A stretch of DNA of 64,000 nucleotides from Diadema antillarum (Eukaryota). Position numbers and translations under genes: made by a program. Below, piece after piece: positions 38,226 through 50,254 of the stretch. Every line of letters starts with the position of its first letter. Within the stretch, counting starts at the first letter, position 1. Under the pieces are notes generated by a model that saw only the letters and a list, made by a program, of their open reading frames with translations, was not told the origin of the DNA and ran no database searches. The stretch lies in contig NW_027270938.1 of assembly GCF_040938485.1 (NCBI RefSeq), positions 1,674,001 to 1,738,000 of the forward strand. Reading direction: 5' to 3'.

Positions 38226-39509
38226 TTATACTGCTAGGCTCGTGGAGAACATTTTTAAGATCACACGACGAATGAGAGGTTGGGCCACGGCATAGGCCAG
38301 CGGGTTGATGGTGCTGTTACAGAACGCTATCCATCGGACAGATTCCCTCAATTGCATTATGTAAGGCAGACTTGTGATGAGTGTCGGTGAAATAGAACGT
38401 GAGATTAGGACAACTGTGCTCGGCAGCCATGTAATAAAAAAGGCTATGACCAGGAGAAGCAACGTACGCATGGCTTTTGCCCCATCGGCGCTTCCCTTCC
38501 CGCGCTTCATTTTAGTCCCAACTCTTTCAGCAAAACTCAGACGAGCGTTAACGGTTGGTTTATCAACCGACCCTTGACCGGAAAGATGGTCTTAGGAATT
38601 AACCGAAATCGTGAAAATCTTTAGGCCACTTGATTGAGGTTTATTGCATATTTGCTTATCATGCAATCCGCGTTTCAATTGTGAAGATGTACAGTTTACA
38701 TGTTCAGCTTCGACGTTCGATGAAGGTGTGTCAGTGGAACGTTCCGGGCTTTTTGCTTCCGCCTCATACATGATTTGGTCTTGGCTGACTGAAAATTTAT
38801 CATCTCTTTTCGTTGCTGGCATAGATCGAATGCTTCTGCCTCCGAGACGCTTCTGCCCGGCGGATTTTGCCCGACGGTAGATCTGAACACTCAAAATCGC
38901 GATCGTCACGAATGGGATGCATGCACGAAGAAGCACAGTGATAGTGCTTGAGATGAAGTACCTGGAGTAATTTGGATCGCACCATCCAGACCGTGTCACC
39001 GCACCGCTTGGTCGGGCCAAGTCCCAAAACGTGCTGATACTCAACCAAATGGAGCATGGAATTAACCAGGTCAACGCATTGACGACAACCGCTGTCTTCT
39101 TAGTCTTCCATCTGTAGTGATGCAGAGGATACGACGTTGCTAGGAAACGATCGAAGCATATCACAACCACGCCAAACACGGACACACCGGGAAGAGCGTT
39201 CTGCACCCCTATGAAGATGTAGCAGAAGGTCCCGCCCAGCATCCAGGTGCGATCGAAGGCAAATATTAGCGCCCGGATTGGCATGCAGACAAGGCCTACC
39301 AGAAGGTCAGCCACCGTCATGTTCAATATGTAGTAATTGCTGTAAGTCCGGAGTTTCTTTTCGGTGCAAATTGCCAGAAGAATGAGCGAATTTACAAAGA
39401 TTGTGATCAAAGAAAGTCCAAATAAAGTACCTGCTTGCCAAGTAAACGTCAGTCCCACTGCCGTGGTCAGAATAAGCGTTTGACTCGAGTCGTTGATACT
39501 TTGGTTCAT
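38226..39509 (-). pseudogene. Class A GPCR B1 with an in-frame nonsense codon in ICL3 (would be 427 aa)
   Basis: TAA at 38592-38594 where B3 has CAA and B2 has CAG (NS-Q-DHLSG). The frame continues for 27 codons into the 94-aa TM6-TM7 ORF. Predicted intron 39534-40435. Confidence 0.9.
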
Positions 39510-40631
39510 AGTGTTGTTGAGGTCGTTCAGGCTCTAGATTTAAAAAGGGAAGAAGAACCACGGAGACATATTTAACAAGAATGTTTCTTCCACAATATTG
39601 CCCTGCATTTCATACGTATTCTCTCTTTATTACTTATACAACCAGCGGAATATCTTCCATTCTAAGAATATCACCAAATCACAATAATTCCGAAAAAAAA
39701 ATTGTTGCTGTATTACTAATTCTCAACCTTAAAATATATTTGTAATATAGCAGTCATCGCATTATTGGATGTGGTAAAATGTCCATTATCTTTCAAATTC
39801 TCGAGAACTGGAAACTCCTAAATTAATTGAATTAAACTTGCAAAAGATTGATTTCAGAATTATTAACGTTAATGATAAAAAGTGAAAAAATTACCATTTG
39901 CTCATACACTTTTTTTTTTCAAAACATTGGTTCCGACTTTACTTATTGAAAGCTTTGAATCGATTCTAATAACAAAGAAGAAACAAACTTATTGGTTTAT
40001 CTAACAAAGCGATGTTTTATTCTGCCACTTTACATTTAAGACAAGAGAGACTTTCTATGATGTCGAGATCACTTCCTAATATACAGATCGAAATAAGGGC
40101 AGGAGAAATCAGTCATGAAAAGAAAGAAGAAATAACAAGCAAATGTAGCTTTATATTTCTAGCTGTTCCTGATGTCATAAGATTTCAGTTTTCTGTAGAA
40201 TTTGTTTTTTTCTTTTTTCTGTTCATTTTTTTTTTCGGAAGGAGATATTTGCAGACCCATGTACATTCATTATGTAAATAATCACTGAAAGAAAATGATA
40301 GGCCTACAAAACAGCCTACGTGAGCCTAATTCAATGAAGGTCTGTGTAATATCGTCATAAAACAAAACTCTGACAATTGCAATTAAAAAAAAAAACTTCG
40401 TGAAGCGCACGGCTGTAGATTAGCAAAGTACGTACCTCACTGAACAGGACAGAATATACTGTGAAGTAATTCCCTGGAGTACAGCCTGCGCAGATAATGC
40501 TGTGTCAAATAGGATCAACCAGCCTCAGAGTGGAGAAGTAATATCTGTTCTCAGGTCTTCATCTCTGATCGCTTTTTTTGTATGAAACATTGTTTGATAG
40601 ATGGGAGCAATCTCTTGCATCCTTGCCCCTG

Positions 40632-40636
40632 ATTGG
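40632..40636 (-). promoter_or_regulatory. CCAAT box (CCAATCAG) of B1; equivalents at 46488-46492 (B2) and 51323-51327 (B3)
   Basis: cctgattgg is conserved in all three B units, ~200 nt upstream of the conserved G|GTACGT donor. Confidence 0.55.
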
Positions 40637-41392
40637 TCAATTATAGCCATCCAATGGCATAAGATGTGTAAGACTAGAATTTTGCGTGTGTATATTTGAA
40701 ATAGAGCGGGATTATGAAGGAAAATATTCGCGGCATTATTTATATCATATTCATATTCACATATGCGTAGCACCCTCTCGCATAAGGAAATAGTGTGATC
40801 ATAGTCATAGCGACCTCGATGGCCCCGGTAAGAAAGAGAAATGTCGGAAGATCATTGGCTGATGCCAGATTGACAATAGCTGATGTTATGTAGTTACCAT
40901 GCAGGCAACTACATCAATATCGTCTTTTAAATTTGAAATTTTCTGTCAAGCATTTACCGATGCGAAAGGAAGCGCTATCCATATTGCATTAGGAATGTCA
41001 GAGATGATATTTGTCACAATTGCTTTCTATTACCAAGGAGTTTAAAGAAATGGAATCACAACAGTCTTTCTTCCCTTAAAATAGCCTTGATTCCAATATC
41101 ATTTTAAGTATGAGCAAAAATGCATCGGTCTCATAGATAGGAAAGTAGTTCATCTATGTCTCACTGCATAATCACCATCCCCTCTCTAAAAAAGATCTAT
41201 GTCTTTGAAACGGTAATAATTTTAACCAACTATACTTAAATATGAAAGATGAACGCGACATAAAGACAAAGACACGAGAATGCGCATATAGAAATTGCGC
41301 AAAGATTGATGAAATTAAAACTTTAATTACTCGACTGGGGCATGTCTATTCACTATTGCGACATTATTATTAACTAATAAAGATCTGTACTT

Positions 41393-41450
41393 GGGGTGCT
41401 GTGACATGGTGGATAAGACTCCCGGCTTCCGATCGGGGAACCCTGGTTCA
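41393..41450 (+). mobile_element. tRNA-derived SINE head, truncated
   Basis: ggggtgctgtgacatggtggataagactcccggcttccgatcggggaaccctggttca has an A-box-like motif and breaks off at the B-box. Paralogous copy at 52104-52161. Confidence 0.55.
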
Positions 41451-43359
41451 GGGCCGTCGGAACAATGGGGGAGGGGGAGGGACTGTAAGAGTAATGAAAG
41501 GAACCTGGCGGTGGAGGGAGATTTGCATATTCAGCATTGAAAGTCAACGGGACAGTGCATAATTTACTTGGAATATTTGGACGATTCTCTGTCAAAAAAA
41601 AGCAAGAATAATTTCCGCATGTCGGGTATTATTAGGGGCAAATTGAAAAGCTTAACCTCCCCTAATATTTCAAGGGGGGCAACTGCCCCCTCATTCCCTG
41701 ATCGATCACTTGCATATAAGAGGGATCTCTTGCATTTTCAGCATGGAAATTAAACAATCAACGAGAGCTTTTGCATATTTAGAATTCAACATAACTCGTA
41801 AGCACATTTTGATGTAACTTGGGAAACTGTCGTTTCCCCATAGTGTTTATGTTGAGCGGGACCGAGGATGGGGAGGATGGGGAGGGTGGGGAGGGTGGGA
41901 GGTGGAGAATTCCCTTTCCATTAGTGGGAGCTTTCGCATTTTTAGAATTAAAATTCAACGATTTGACTCACACTTTCGGTGGAATAGCTGAAAATTTGCA
42001 TCAAATGTAATAAGTCTGTTATCTAATGAAGGGGGGGCTATACACCGGCTTGGGAGAGCTTGTTGGAGGAGACATCTTTTTGTTTTGTTTTGGTTTTTTT
42101 TTGTTTTTTTTTTTGTGATTGCAGTGGCTTATCTGGAAATTGCAAATCCCTCTAAGGTTAGTTATGTTCAATGCATGAAGGGGAGGCTATACCAGAGCAG
42201 GGATAGGGAGTGGAAGGGTGTATCCCATACCCTTCCCATTCGAAGAGAATTTTAAAACTTAAATGAAGTTACGTTTTACAGACATTTTTGAAAATATTTG
42301 AAAAATTGAAGAATGAAAAAAGTGTACAAAATCTGCTTGTATTTGGTTGGGAAACAAGCAGGGAGGGGTGAATTGAAAAGGGGTGTTCCTCTGACATAAG
42401 CCACCTTTGTTGAAATAGAAGTGGCAAATTTTGTGCACACTTCGTGATGGACTATTCGGTATTTTTTCTATAAGTGTAATGAAGGAAACCGAACGGGACA
42501 GGGAGATTGTACATTTTCAGGATTGAAAATCAACGATCTAGTGTACAATTTAAGTCAAATATTTGGTCAATTTTCTACCAAAAAGCAAAAAGTTATTTGG
42601 GGCAAAATAAAATGCCCCCACCCCCACATATTTTCATGGGGGGGGGGGGGGCAATTGCTCCCCTTGTCCACCAAGATCGACTCTCCTATGTATGAAGGGA
42701 GCTATCACATTATTAGAATTCAAATTTTCAAAAAAAAAAAGTCTCTTAAGCACATTTGGATGTAATTTGGGATATTGTAAATCAAACAATAGGGGGGATG
42801 GGGAGGGTCGATTTAATGAAGCTATCCCCTCAACACCGCTCAACAAGAAGGAACTTCTGCATCTTATTAATGGATATCTACACCGCTACACCGCTATTTG
42901 GAAAATTTTCCACTAAAATCAAGGAAAATGGAATGTCTGAAATTATTTGGGGGCAAAAGGATATGTTTGCTCCCCCCTCCAGATAAAAATATGGGGGGGG
43001 GGCTCTTTTGCTCCCCTTGTCCCCCAAGGTCAACTCTCCTGAGTATGAGAGGGAGGTATTGAATTTTTTAAATTCAAATAAAGATATCTCGTAAGCACAT
43101 TTTGATGTAATTTGGGATATTGTCAATCCCAAAATGTACTAAATGTATGGAAGAAAACCAAGGGGGAGGGGGAGGGTTGATTTAAAGAAGATAATCCCCT
43201 CAACAAAAGGGAACTTCTGCATTTTATTAATGGATATCTATACTGCTATTTAACTGCAGGCAGGACTACGGTGTGAGACGACACGAAATCTTTGATTTCT
43301 TTAATTTTCTATCAATTCTTTCTTATCGATGCTGACTTTATAGTGTTGGGTTCGTTAGT

Positions 43360-44649
43360 CTATTCTGACAATCTCGTGCAGACCATCTTTAAGATGACAC
43401 GGCGAAAAAGAGGTTGAGCCACGGCATAGGCCAGCGGGTTGATGGTACTGTTACAGAAGGATATCCATCGGACGGATTCTCGAAGCTGTATTGCGTAAGG
43501 CAGACTTGTAAGGATCGTCGGTGAGATTGAAAGTAGGACTAGAACGATGGTGTTTGGTAGCCATGAAATAAAAAAGGCTATGAGCAGGAAAGTTAAGGTA
43601 CGCATGGCTTTTGCCCCGTCGGCGCTTCCCTTCCCGCTCTTCATCTTAGTCCCAATTCTATCAGCAAAACTCAGACGAGCGTTAACGTTTCCAATATCAC
43701 CCTGCCCTTGTCCGGAAAGATGGTCCTGGAAATTAACCGAAAGCGTGAAAATCTTAAGTCTACGCGAGTGAGGTTTATTGCATATTTGCTTATCATGCAA
43801 TCCGCGTTTCAATTGTGACGATCCACTGTTTTCATGTTCAGCTTCGACGTCCGATGAAGGTGTGTCAGTGGAACGTTCCGTGCTTTTTGCATCCACCTCA
43901 TACATGATTTGGTCTTGACTCACTGTCGAAGGAAATTTGTCATCTCCTTTCGTTGCTGACATAGACCGAATGCTTCTGCCCCCGAGACTTTTCTGGCCGG
44001 CGGATTTTGCCCGACGGTAGATCTGAACACTCAAAGTCGCGATCGTCAAGAATGGGATGCATGCACGAAGAAGCACAGTGATAGTGCTTGAGATAAAGTA
44101 CCTGGAGTAATTTGGATCGCACCATCCTGACCGTGTCACAGAGACCCTCGGTCGGGCCAAGTCCCAAAACGTGCTGATACTCAACCAAATGGAGCAGGGA
44201 ATGAACCAGGTCAACGCGTTGACGACAACCGCTGTCTTCTTAGTCTTCCATCTGTAGTGACGCAGAGGATACGACGTTGCTAGGTAACGATCGACGCATA
44301 TCACAACCACGCCAAACACGGACACACCGGGAAGAGCGTTCTGCACCCCTATGAAGATGTAACAGAAGGTGCCGCCCAGCATCCAGGTGCGATCGAAGAC
44401 GAATATTAACGCGCGGATTGGCATGCAGACAAGGCCTACCAGAAGGTCGGCCACTGTCATGTTCAATATGTAGTAATTGCTGTAAGTCCGGAGTTTCTTT
44501 TCGGTGCAAAATGCCAGAAGAATGAGCGAATTTACTAAGATTGTAATCAAAGAAAGTCCAAACAAAATACCTGCTTGCCAAGTAAACGTCAGTCCCACTG
44601 TCACGGACAGAATGAGCGTTTGACTCGAGTCGTTGATACTTCGGTTCAT
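43360..44649 (-). CDS. Class A GPCR B2, 429 aa
   Basis: 7TM motifs: D2.50, C3.25, DRY, ECL2 Cys (GWCDPNY), SWLP and NPLAY. Predicted 5'-UTR intron 44668-46287. Confidence 0.95.
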   Translation of the reverse strand: MNRSINDSSQTLILSVTVGLTFTWQAGILFGLSLITILVNSLILLAFCTEKKLRTYSNYYILNMTVADLLVGLVCMPIRALIFVFDRTWMLGGTFCYIFIGVQNALPGVSVFGVVVICVDRYLATSYPLRHYRWKTKKTAVVVNALTWFIPCSIWLSISTFWDLARPRVSVTRSGWCDPNYSRYFISSTITVLLRACIPFLTIATLSVQIYRRAKSAGQKSLGGRSIRSMSATKGDDKFPSTVSQDQIMYEVDAKSTERSTDTPSSDVEAEHENSGSSQLKRGLHDKQICNKPHSRRLKIFTLSVNFQDHLSGQGQGDIGNVNARLSFADRIGTKMKSGKGSADGAKAMRTLTFLLIAFFISWLPNTIVLVLLSISPTILTSLPYAIQLRESVRWISFCNSTINPLAYAVAQPLFRRVILKMVCTRLSE

Positions 44650-45526
44650 AGTATTGTTGTTCAGGCTCTAGATTTAAGAAGGGAAGAAGAGCCATGAAAA
44701 CACATATAACGAAAATGTTTCTTCCAAAAAATATTGCCATGTATTTCATTCGTATTCTCATTTTATTGCTTATACAACCACAAAAAATATCTTCTATTTT
44801 GAAAATATTACCAAAATGCAATAGTTACGAAATAGAAAAATGTGTTGCTGTATTACTAACTCTTAACCTCTTAAATTAGTCATAGAACAGTCATAGCATT
44901 ATTGGATTTGGTAAAATGTTCGTTATCTTTCAAATTCTCTAGAACTGGAAACTCCATAAAGTTATTGGATTAAACTTGAAAGGATTGATTTCAGAATTAT
45001 TAACGTAAAGATAAAGAATGAAAGAATAACCATTTGCCCATACATTTTTCTTTCAAAACTTTGGTTCCGACTTTAGTAATTGAAAGCTTTGAACCGTTTT
45101 TAATAACAAAGAAGAAACCGACTTTGTTGTTTATTTAACAAAGCGATGCTTTACTCTGCCACTTTACTTTACATTCAAAGGTCATGTTTACCTTTAGGAG
45201 CAGTGATTTGAAAATGTTCAGGATATCACTTCTGATGCATACGTGTAGGTCAGTTGTATCACAAAACGTCTTACCACATTAATTTTTTGTAATAAAGCCT
45301 AAAAAAAAAACAAGAGATAACACTATTTTTCTCATTAAACCGTAACTGTAGACGGTTTAATCTGGAAACATTTTCATCATAACATTGTTAACATTTTGTA
45401 TATTTAGCAATACTTAACATCGATTATACATTGGTTGTTTCTATCCCTAACTCACATTTTAGATTTAGTTTGAAGCACTAATGCTGGGTTTTTGTTTCAC
45501 CTGCAAATGGTAGATTATGCTTATAA

Positions 45527-45893
45527 AGGGGATGGCTAGCAACTGATCACTGAGAATCAGTGGGAATGCTGGGGGATGATTGTTCCAATCCTTGTGGGAT
45601 TCATTTAAGAGTACATTATATATCTATTGTTGTGGGAAAATTATTTACTTCAGAATGGTCTCATATTCAAGTAATGTGCAGTTAATCGTTAACGATCGCC
45701 CCGTCACTGTACAGGCATGCTAACCTGGAAACATTAAACTGCACATTACTTGAATATGAGACCATTCTGAAGCAAATAATTTTCACTCAACAACAGATAT
45801 AAAATGTCCCTTTAAATGAATCCCACAAGGATTGAAACAATCATCCCTCAGCATTCCCATTGATTCCCACTGATCAGTTACTAGCCTTCCCCT
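45527..45893. mobile_element. Kolobok-type foldback MITE (367 bp) in the B2 5'-UTR intron
   Basis: ~165-bp inverted arms aggggatggctagcaactgatca... / ...tgatcagttactagccttcccct. TTAA at 45894-45897 and ATAA on the left. Absent from B1 and B3. Confidence 0.85.
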
Positions 45894-46543
45894 TTAAGAT
45901 AAGAGAGGCTTTCTGTAATGTCGAGATCACTTCCTGATATAAAGATCGAATTAACGGCAGAAGAATTCAGAAATGAACCAAAAACACATGAAATTCGCAG
46001 CAAATGTTACTGATATTTTTAGCAGATCCTGATGTCATAACATCACAACTTTCTGTAGAATGTGCTTTTCCTTTTTTATTACTTATGAAGGAAATGTACA
46101 GCAGACCCATGTACGTCCCTTATATGTAATAAAAGAATCACTAAAAATGAAACGATAGGCCAACAAAACAGCCTCCTCAAGCCTAATTCCATTGATGTGT
46201 GTGTAATATGGTCATAAAACAAAGCTCCGACAATTGCAATAAAACATTTTCGTGAAAATTAAAGCTGTAGATTAGCAACGTACGTACCTCACCAAATAGG
46301 ACAGAATAGACTGTGAAGTATTTCCCTGGAGTATAGCCTGCGCAGACAAAACTGTGTCAAATGGGATCAACCAGCCTCAGAGGGGACGAGTAATATTATG
46401 TTCTCAGGTCATCATCTCTGATTGCTTTTTGTATCAAACATTGTTTGAAAGATACGATGAGAGCAATCTCTAGTAACCTGGTCCCTGATTGGACAATTAC
46501 AGTCATCCGGTGACATGGGATTTATGTGATTAAAAGTATGTGT

Positions 46544-46593
<50 letters not shown>

Positions 46594-48194
46594 GTTTGAA
46601 ATAGAGCGGGTTTATGAGGGGAAATATTCGTGGCGGCTTACATTTCCTATAATTTTGTTAACTGTTTTTCGTTTACTTCTGAGTAGCACTCTTTTCGCAT
46701 GAAGAATTAGTGTGATCATAGTCATAGAGACCTCGATGGCCCCAGTAAGAAGGAGAAATGCCAAAAGATCATTGGCTGATGACAGATTGGCAGTAGCTGA
46801 TGTTACGTAGTTGTCAAGGCAAATAGATCAATATCGTCTTTTCCACTTGAAATTTTCTGTTTAGCATTTATCGATGCGAAATGAAGCGCTATCCACATTG
46901 CATTAGGAATGTCAGGGTTAATGTTTGTCACAATTACTTTCTATTACCAAGGAGGTTCAAGAAATAGAATCACAGCAGTCTTATTTCTCTTTAAACTAGC
47001 CTTGATTCCAATATTATTTGAAGTATGAGCAAAAATGCATCCGTCTCATAGATAGGAAGGCAGTTCATTCATGTCTCACTGCATAATCACCATCCACACT
47101 CAAAGGAAGATATATGTCTTTGAAATGGTAATAATTTTAACCACCTCCACTTTAACATGAAAGATGAACGTTACATAAGGGCAAAGACACGAGAATGCGC
47201 ATATAGAAATTGCGCAAAGATTCAGGAAATTAAGAATTTAATTGTCAACGATTATAATGATAATAATCAACGATTTGACGCATACTTTCGGTGGAATAGC
47301 TGCATCAAGAGAAGTGTAATAAGTCTGTTACCTACGAAAGGAGACTAACCGGCTTGGGAGAGCATGTGGGAGGAGGTATCCTTTTGCATTTTTGTGATTG
47401 CAGTTCAACGATCTCGTGCACACGTTTGGTGGCATATCTGGAAAATTGTAAGGTTAGCTGTGGTGATGCATGAAGGGGAGGCCATACCAGAGCAGGTATA
47501 GGGAGTGGAAGGGGGAATCCCAAACTTTTCCATACGAAGAGAATTTTGGAACTGAGATGAAGTTATGTCTTATACGCGTTTCTGAAAATATTTGGAAAAT
47601 TGCAGAATGAAAAAAAGTGTACTAAATCTATTTCATTTGGTTGGGAAACGAGCGGGGAGGGGTGAATTGAAAGGTGGTGTTTCTCTGACATGAGCGACCT
47701 TTTAAATTGTTGAAATAGAAGTGGCAAATCTTGTGCACACTTCTTGATGAAATATTTGGTATTTTTCAGTCTCCAAAGTGTCCTATAAATGTAATGAAGG
47801 GAACCTAACAGGACAAAGAGATGGTGAATTTTTCGAATTGAAATTTTCATGGGGCAACTGCTCCCCTTGTCCCCCAAGATCGACCCTCCTGCGTATAAGA
47901 GGGAGGTATCGCATTTTTAGAATTCAAATAAGAAAATCTCTTAAGCACATTCTTTTGGGATATTGTCAATCCCCAAAGTGTACTAAATCTATAGAAAGGA
48001 ACCAAGGGGAAAAGGGTTGATTTAAAGAAGATGTCCCCTCCCGCACGAAGGAACTTTCGGATTTTATCAATAGTTTCTACACTGCATGCAACTGTTGGAC
48101 TACGGTGTGAGACGATTGTACGAAATCTTCAATTTCTTTAATTTTCTTTTAGTTATTTCATATTGATGCTGCCTTAGTGTTGGGGTTCGCTGGT

Positions 48195-49484
48195 TTACTC
48201 TGACAGGCTCGTGCAGAACAGTTTTAAGATGACACGACGAATGAGAGGTTGGGCCACGGCATAGGCCAGCGGATTGATGGTACTGTTACAGAAGGATATC
48301 CATCGGACAGATTCCCTCAATTGCATTATGTAAAGCAGATTTGTGATGAGTGTCGGTGAAATAGAACGTGAGATTAAGACAACAGTGCTCGGCAGCCACG
48401 TAATAAAAAAGGCTATGAGCAGCAAAATCAAGGTACGCATGGCTTTTGCCCCGTCGGCGCTTCCCTTCCCGCTCTTCATGTTAGTCCCAACTCTTTCAGC
48501 AAAACTGAGACGAGCGGTAACGGTAGGTATATCAACCGACTCTTGACCGGAAAGATGGTCTTGGGAATTAGCAGAAAACGTGAAAACTTTAAGGCCACCT
48601 GAGTGAGGTGTATTGCATATTTGCTTATCATGCAATCCGTCTTTCAAACGTGAAGATGTACAGTTTTCATGTTCAGCTTCGACGTTCGATGAAGGTGTGT
48701 CAGTGGAACGTTCCGTGCTTTTTGCATCCACCTCATACATGATTTGGTCTTGGCTGACTGTCGAAGAAAATTTGTCATCTCTTTTCGTTGCTGATATAGA
48801 TCGAAAGCTTCTGCCTCCGAGACTTTTCTGGCCGGCGGATTTTGCCCGACGGTAGATCTGAACACTCAAAATCGCGAGCGTCACGAATGGGATGATTGCA
48901 CGAAGAAGCACAGTGATAGTGCTTGAGATGAAATACCTGGAGTAATTTGGATCGCACCATCCAGACCGTGTCACCGAAACCCTTGGTCGGGCCAAGTCCC
49001 AAAACGTGCTGATACTCAACCAAATGGAGCATGGAATGATCCAGGTCAACGCATTGATTACGACCGCTGTCTTCTTAGTCTTCCATCTGTAGTGATGCAG
49101 AGGATACGACGTTGCTAGGTAACGATCGAAGCATATCACAACCACGCCAAACACGGACACACCGGGAAGAGCGTGCTGCACCCCTATGAAGATGTAACAG
49201 AAGGTCCCGCCCAGCATCCAGGTGCGATCGAAGGCGAATATTAGCGCCCGGATTGGCATGCAGACAAGGCCTACCAGAAGGTCAGCCACCGTCATATTCA
49301 ATATGTAATAATTGCTGTAAGTCCGTAGTTTCTTTTCGGTGTAAAATGCCAGAAGAATGAGCGAATTTACTAAGATTGTGATCAAAGAAAGTCCCAATAA
49401 AGTTCCTGCTTGCCAAGTAAACGTCAGATCTACTGTCATGGACAGAATAAGCGTTTGACTCGAGTCGTTGACACTTCGGTTCAT
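48195..49484 (-). CDS. Class A GPCR B3, 429 aa
   Basis: 7TM motifs as in B2. Predicted 5'-UTR intron 49509-51127. Confidence 0.95.
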   Translation of the reverse strand: MNRSVNDSSQTLILSMTVDLTFTWQAGTLLGLSLITILVNSLILLAFYTEKKLRTYSNYYILNMTVADLLVGLVCMPIRALIFAFDRTWMLGGTFCYIFIGVQHALPGVSVFGVVVICFDRYLATSYPLHHYRWKTKKTAVVINALTWIIPCSIWLSISTFWDLARPRVSVTRSGWCDPNYSRYFISSTITVLLRAIIPFVTLAILSVQIYRRAKSAGQKSLGGRSFRSISATKRDDKFSSTVSQDQIMYEVDAKSTERSTDTPSSNVEAEHENCTSSRLKDGLHDKQICNTPHSGGLKVFTFSANSQDHLSGQESVDIPTVTARLSFAERVGTNMKSGKGSADGAKAMRTLILLLIAFFITWLPSTVVLISRSISPTLITNLLYIMQLRESVRWISFCNSTINPLAYAVAQPLIRRVILKLFCTSLSE

Positions 49485-49552
49485 AGTATTGTTGAAGTCG
49501 TTCAGGCTCTAGATTGAACAAGGGAAGAAGAACCATGAAAAGACATAACTCA

Positions 49553-50254
49553 TGTGACCTCTTCATCACAAAACATACAAAAAGTCGCGCCCCTTGATTT
49601 GACGTGAGGTCTCAAGAAAGGTGAAATGGGTCAACCAAGTCAATTTTGAGTTTTCCATATTTTCTGAAGTTGCCATTCTTCTTCTACATTATTCTTGAGT
49701 TTGGGATCATAAATTGAATGGGAAAGTGTGTTTTCAGTAGTTTTTCTACAACCCCTGTTTTGGTAGAGTATTGTGATCAGGTGTTTTAGAGGCCCCTTTC
49801 ATTTCTTGAAGATTCTTTGCACCCTCTTCACTTCCAACTCTAATAACTTTGGAAAAGATGATGCTACTGCTGTGAAAGTTGACATTAATCATGGTCAGAA
49901 TGTGGTAATAGACCATGCTCAATTTCAGCTCAATCTGATAATCCCTTAATTGTTGGTGCGACAGTGGGTAACATTCTGTTTTTATCCCATTCATGGAACA
50001 GGTAACACGGTTTAGTAAAGATTTAGCACTTGAATAGATAGTGTACTTCAGAGCCTCTTTCTCATATCTTACTTTCCACAGTGTGCGCTCTCTTTCAAAT
50101 ATTCATATCGGTTAGGAGAATTCATTTTTATTGAGTTGTATATCATTTTAAGGCTTAGAGTCTGTTCTTTTAGAATCTGCCCTTAACTAAAAATTCATGT
50201 CTGCCGACTTTTTGTTTTTGTTCTTGTTTTTTTTTTTTGTGGTTCAGGGTCACA
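49553..50254. mobile_element. TIR element (~700 bp) in the B3 5'-UTR intron
   Basis: Imperfect TIRs tgtgacctcttcatcacaaaa..aaaagtcg / cgactttt..ttttgtggttcagggtcaca. Absent from B1 and B2 at the homologous site. TSD not resolved. Confidence 0.65.

Noticed and set aside
4989-49484. Naming the receptors muscarinic (CHRM) or histamine (HRH) receptors
   Set aside because: Asp3.32 is absent in all seven and the pocket residues differ, so the similarity is at scaffold level only. No gene symbol was assigned.
5410-49569. Recurrent small ORFs antisense or in alternative frames over the GPCRs (e.g. 5410-5643, 5529-5765, 11040-11276, 38644-38880, 44240-44821, 49282-49569)
   Set aside because: They recur only because the underlying genes are paralogous. 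Their starts and stops are inconsistent between copies and they show no recognisable domains.
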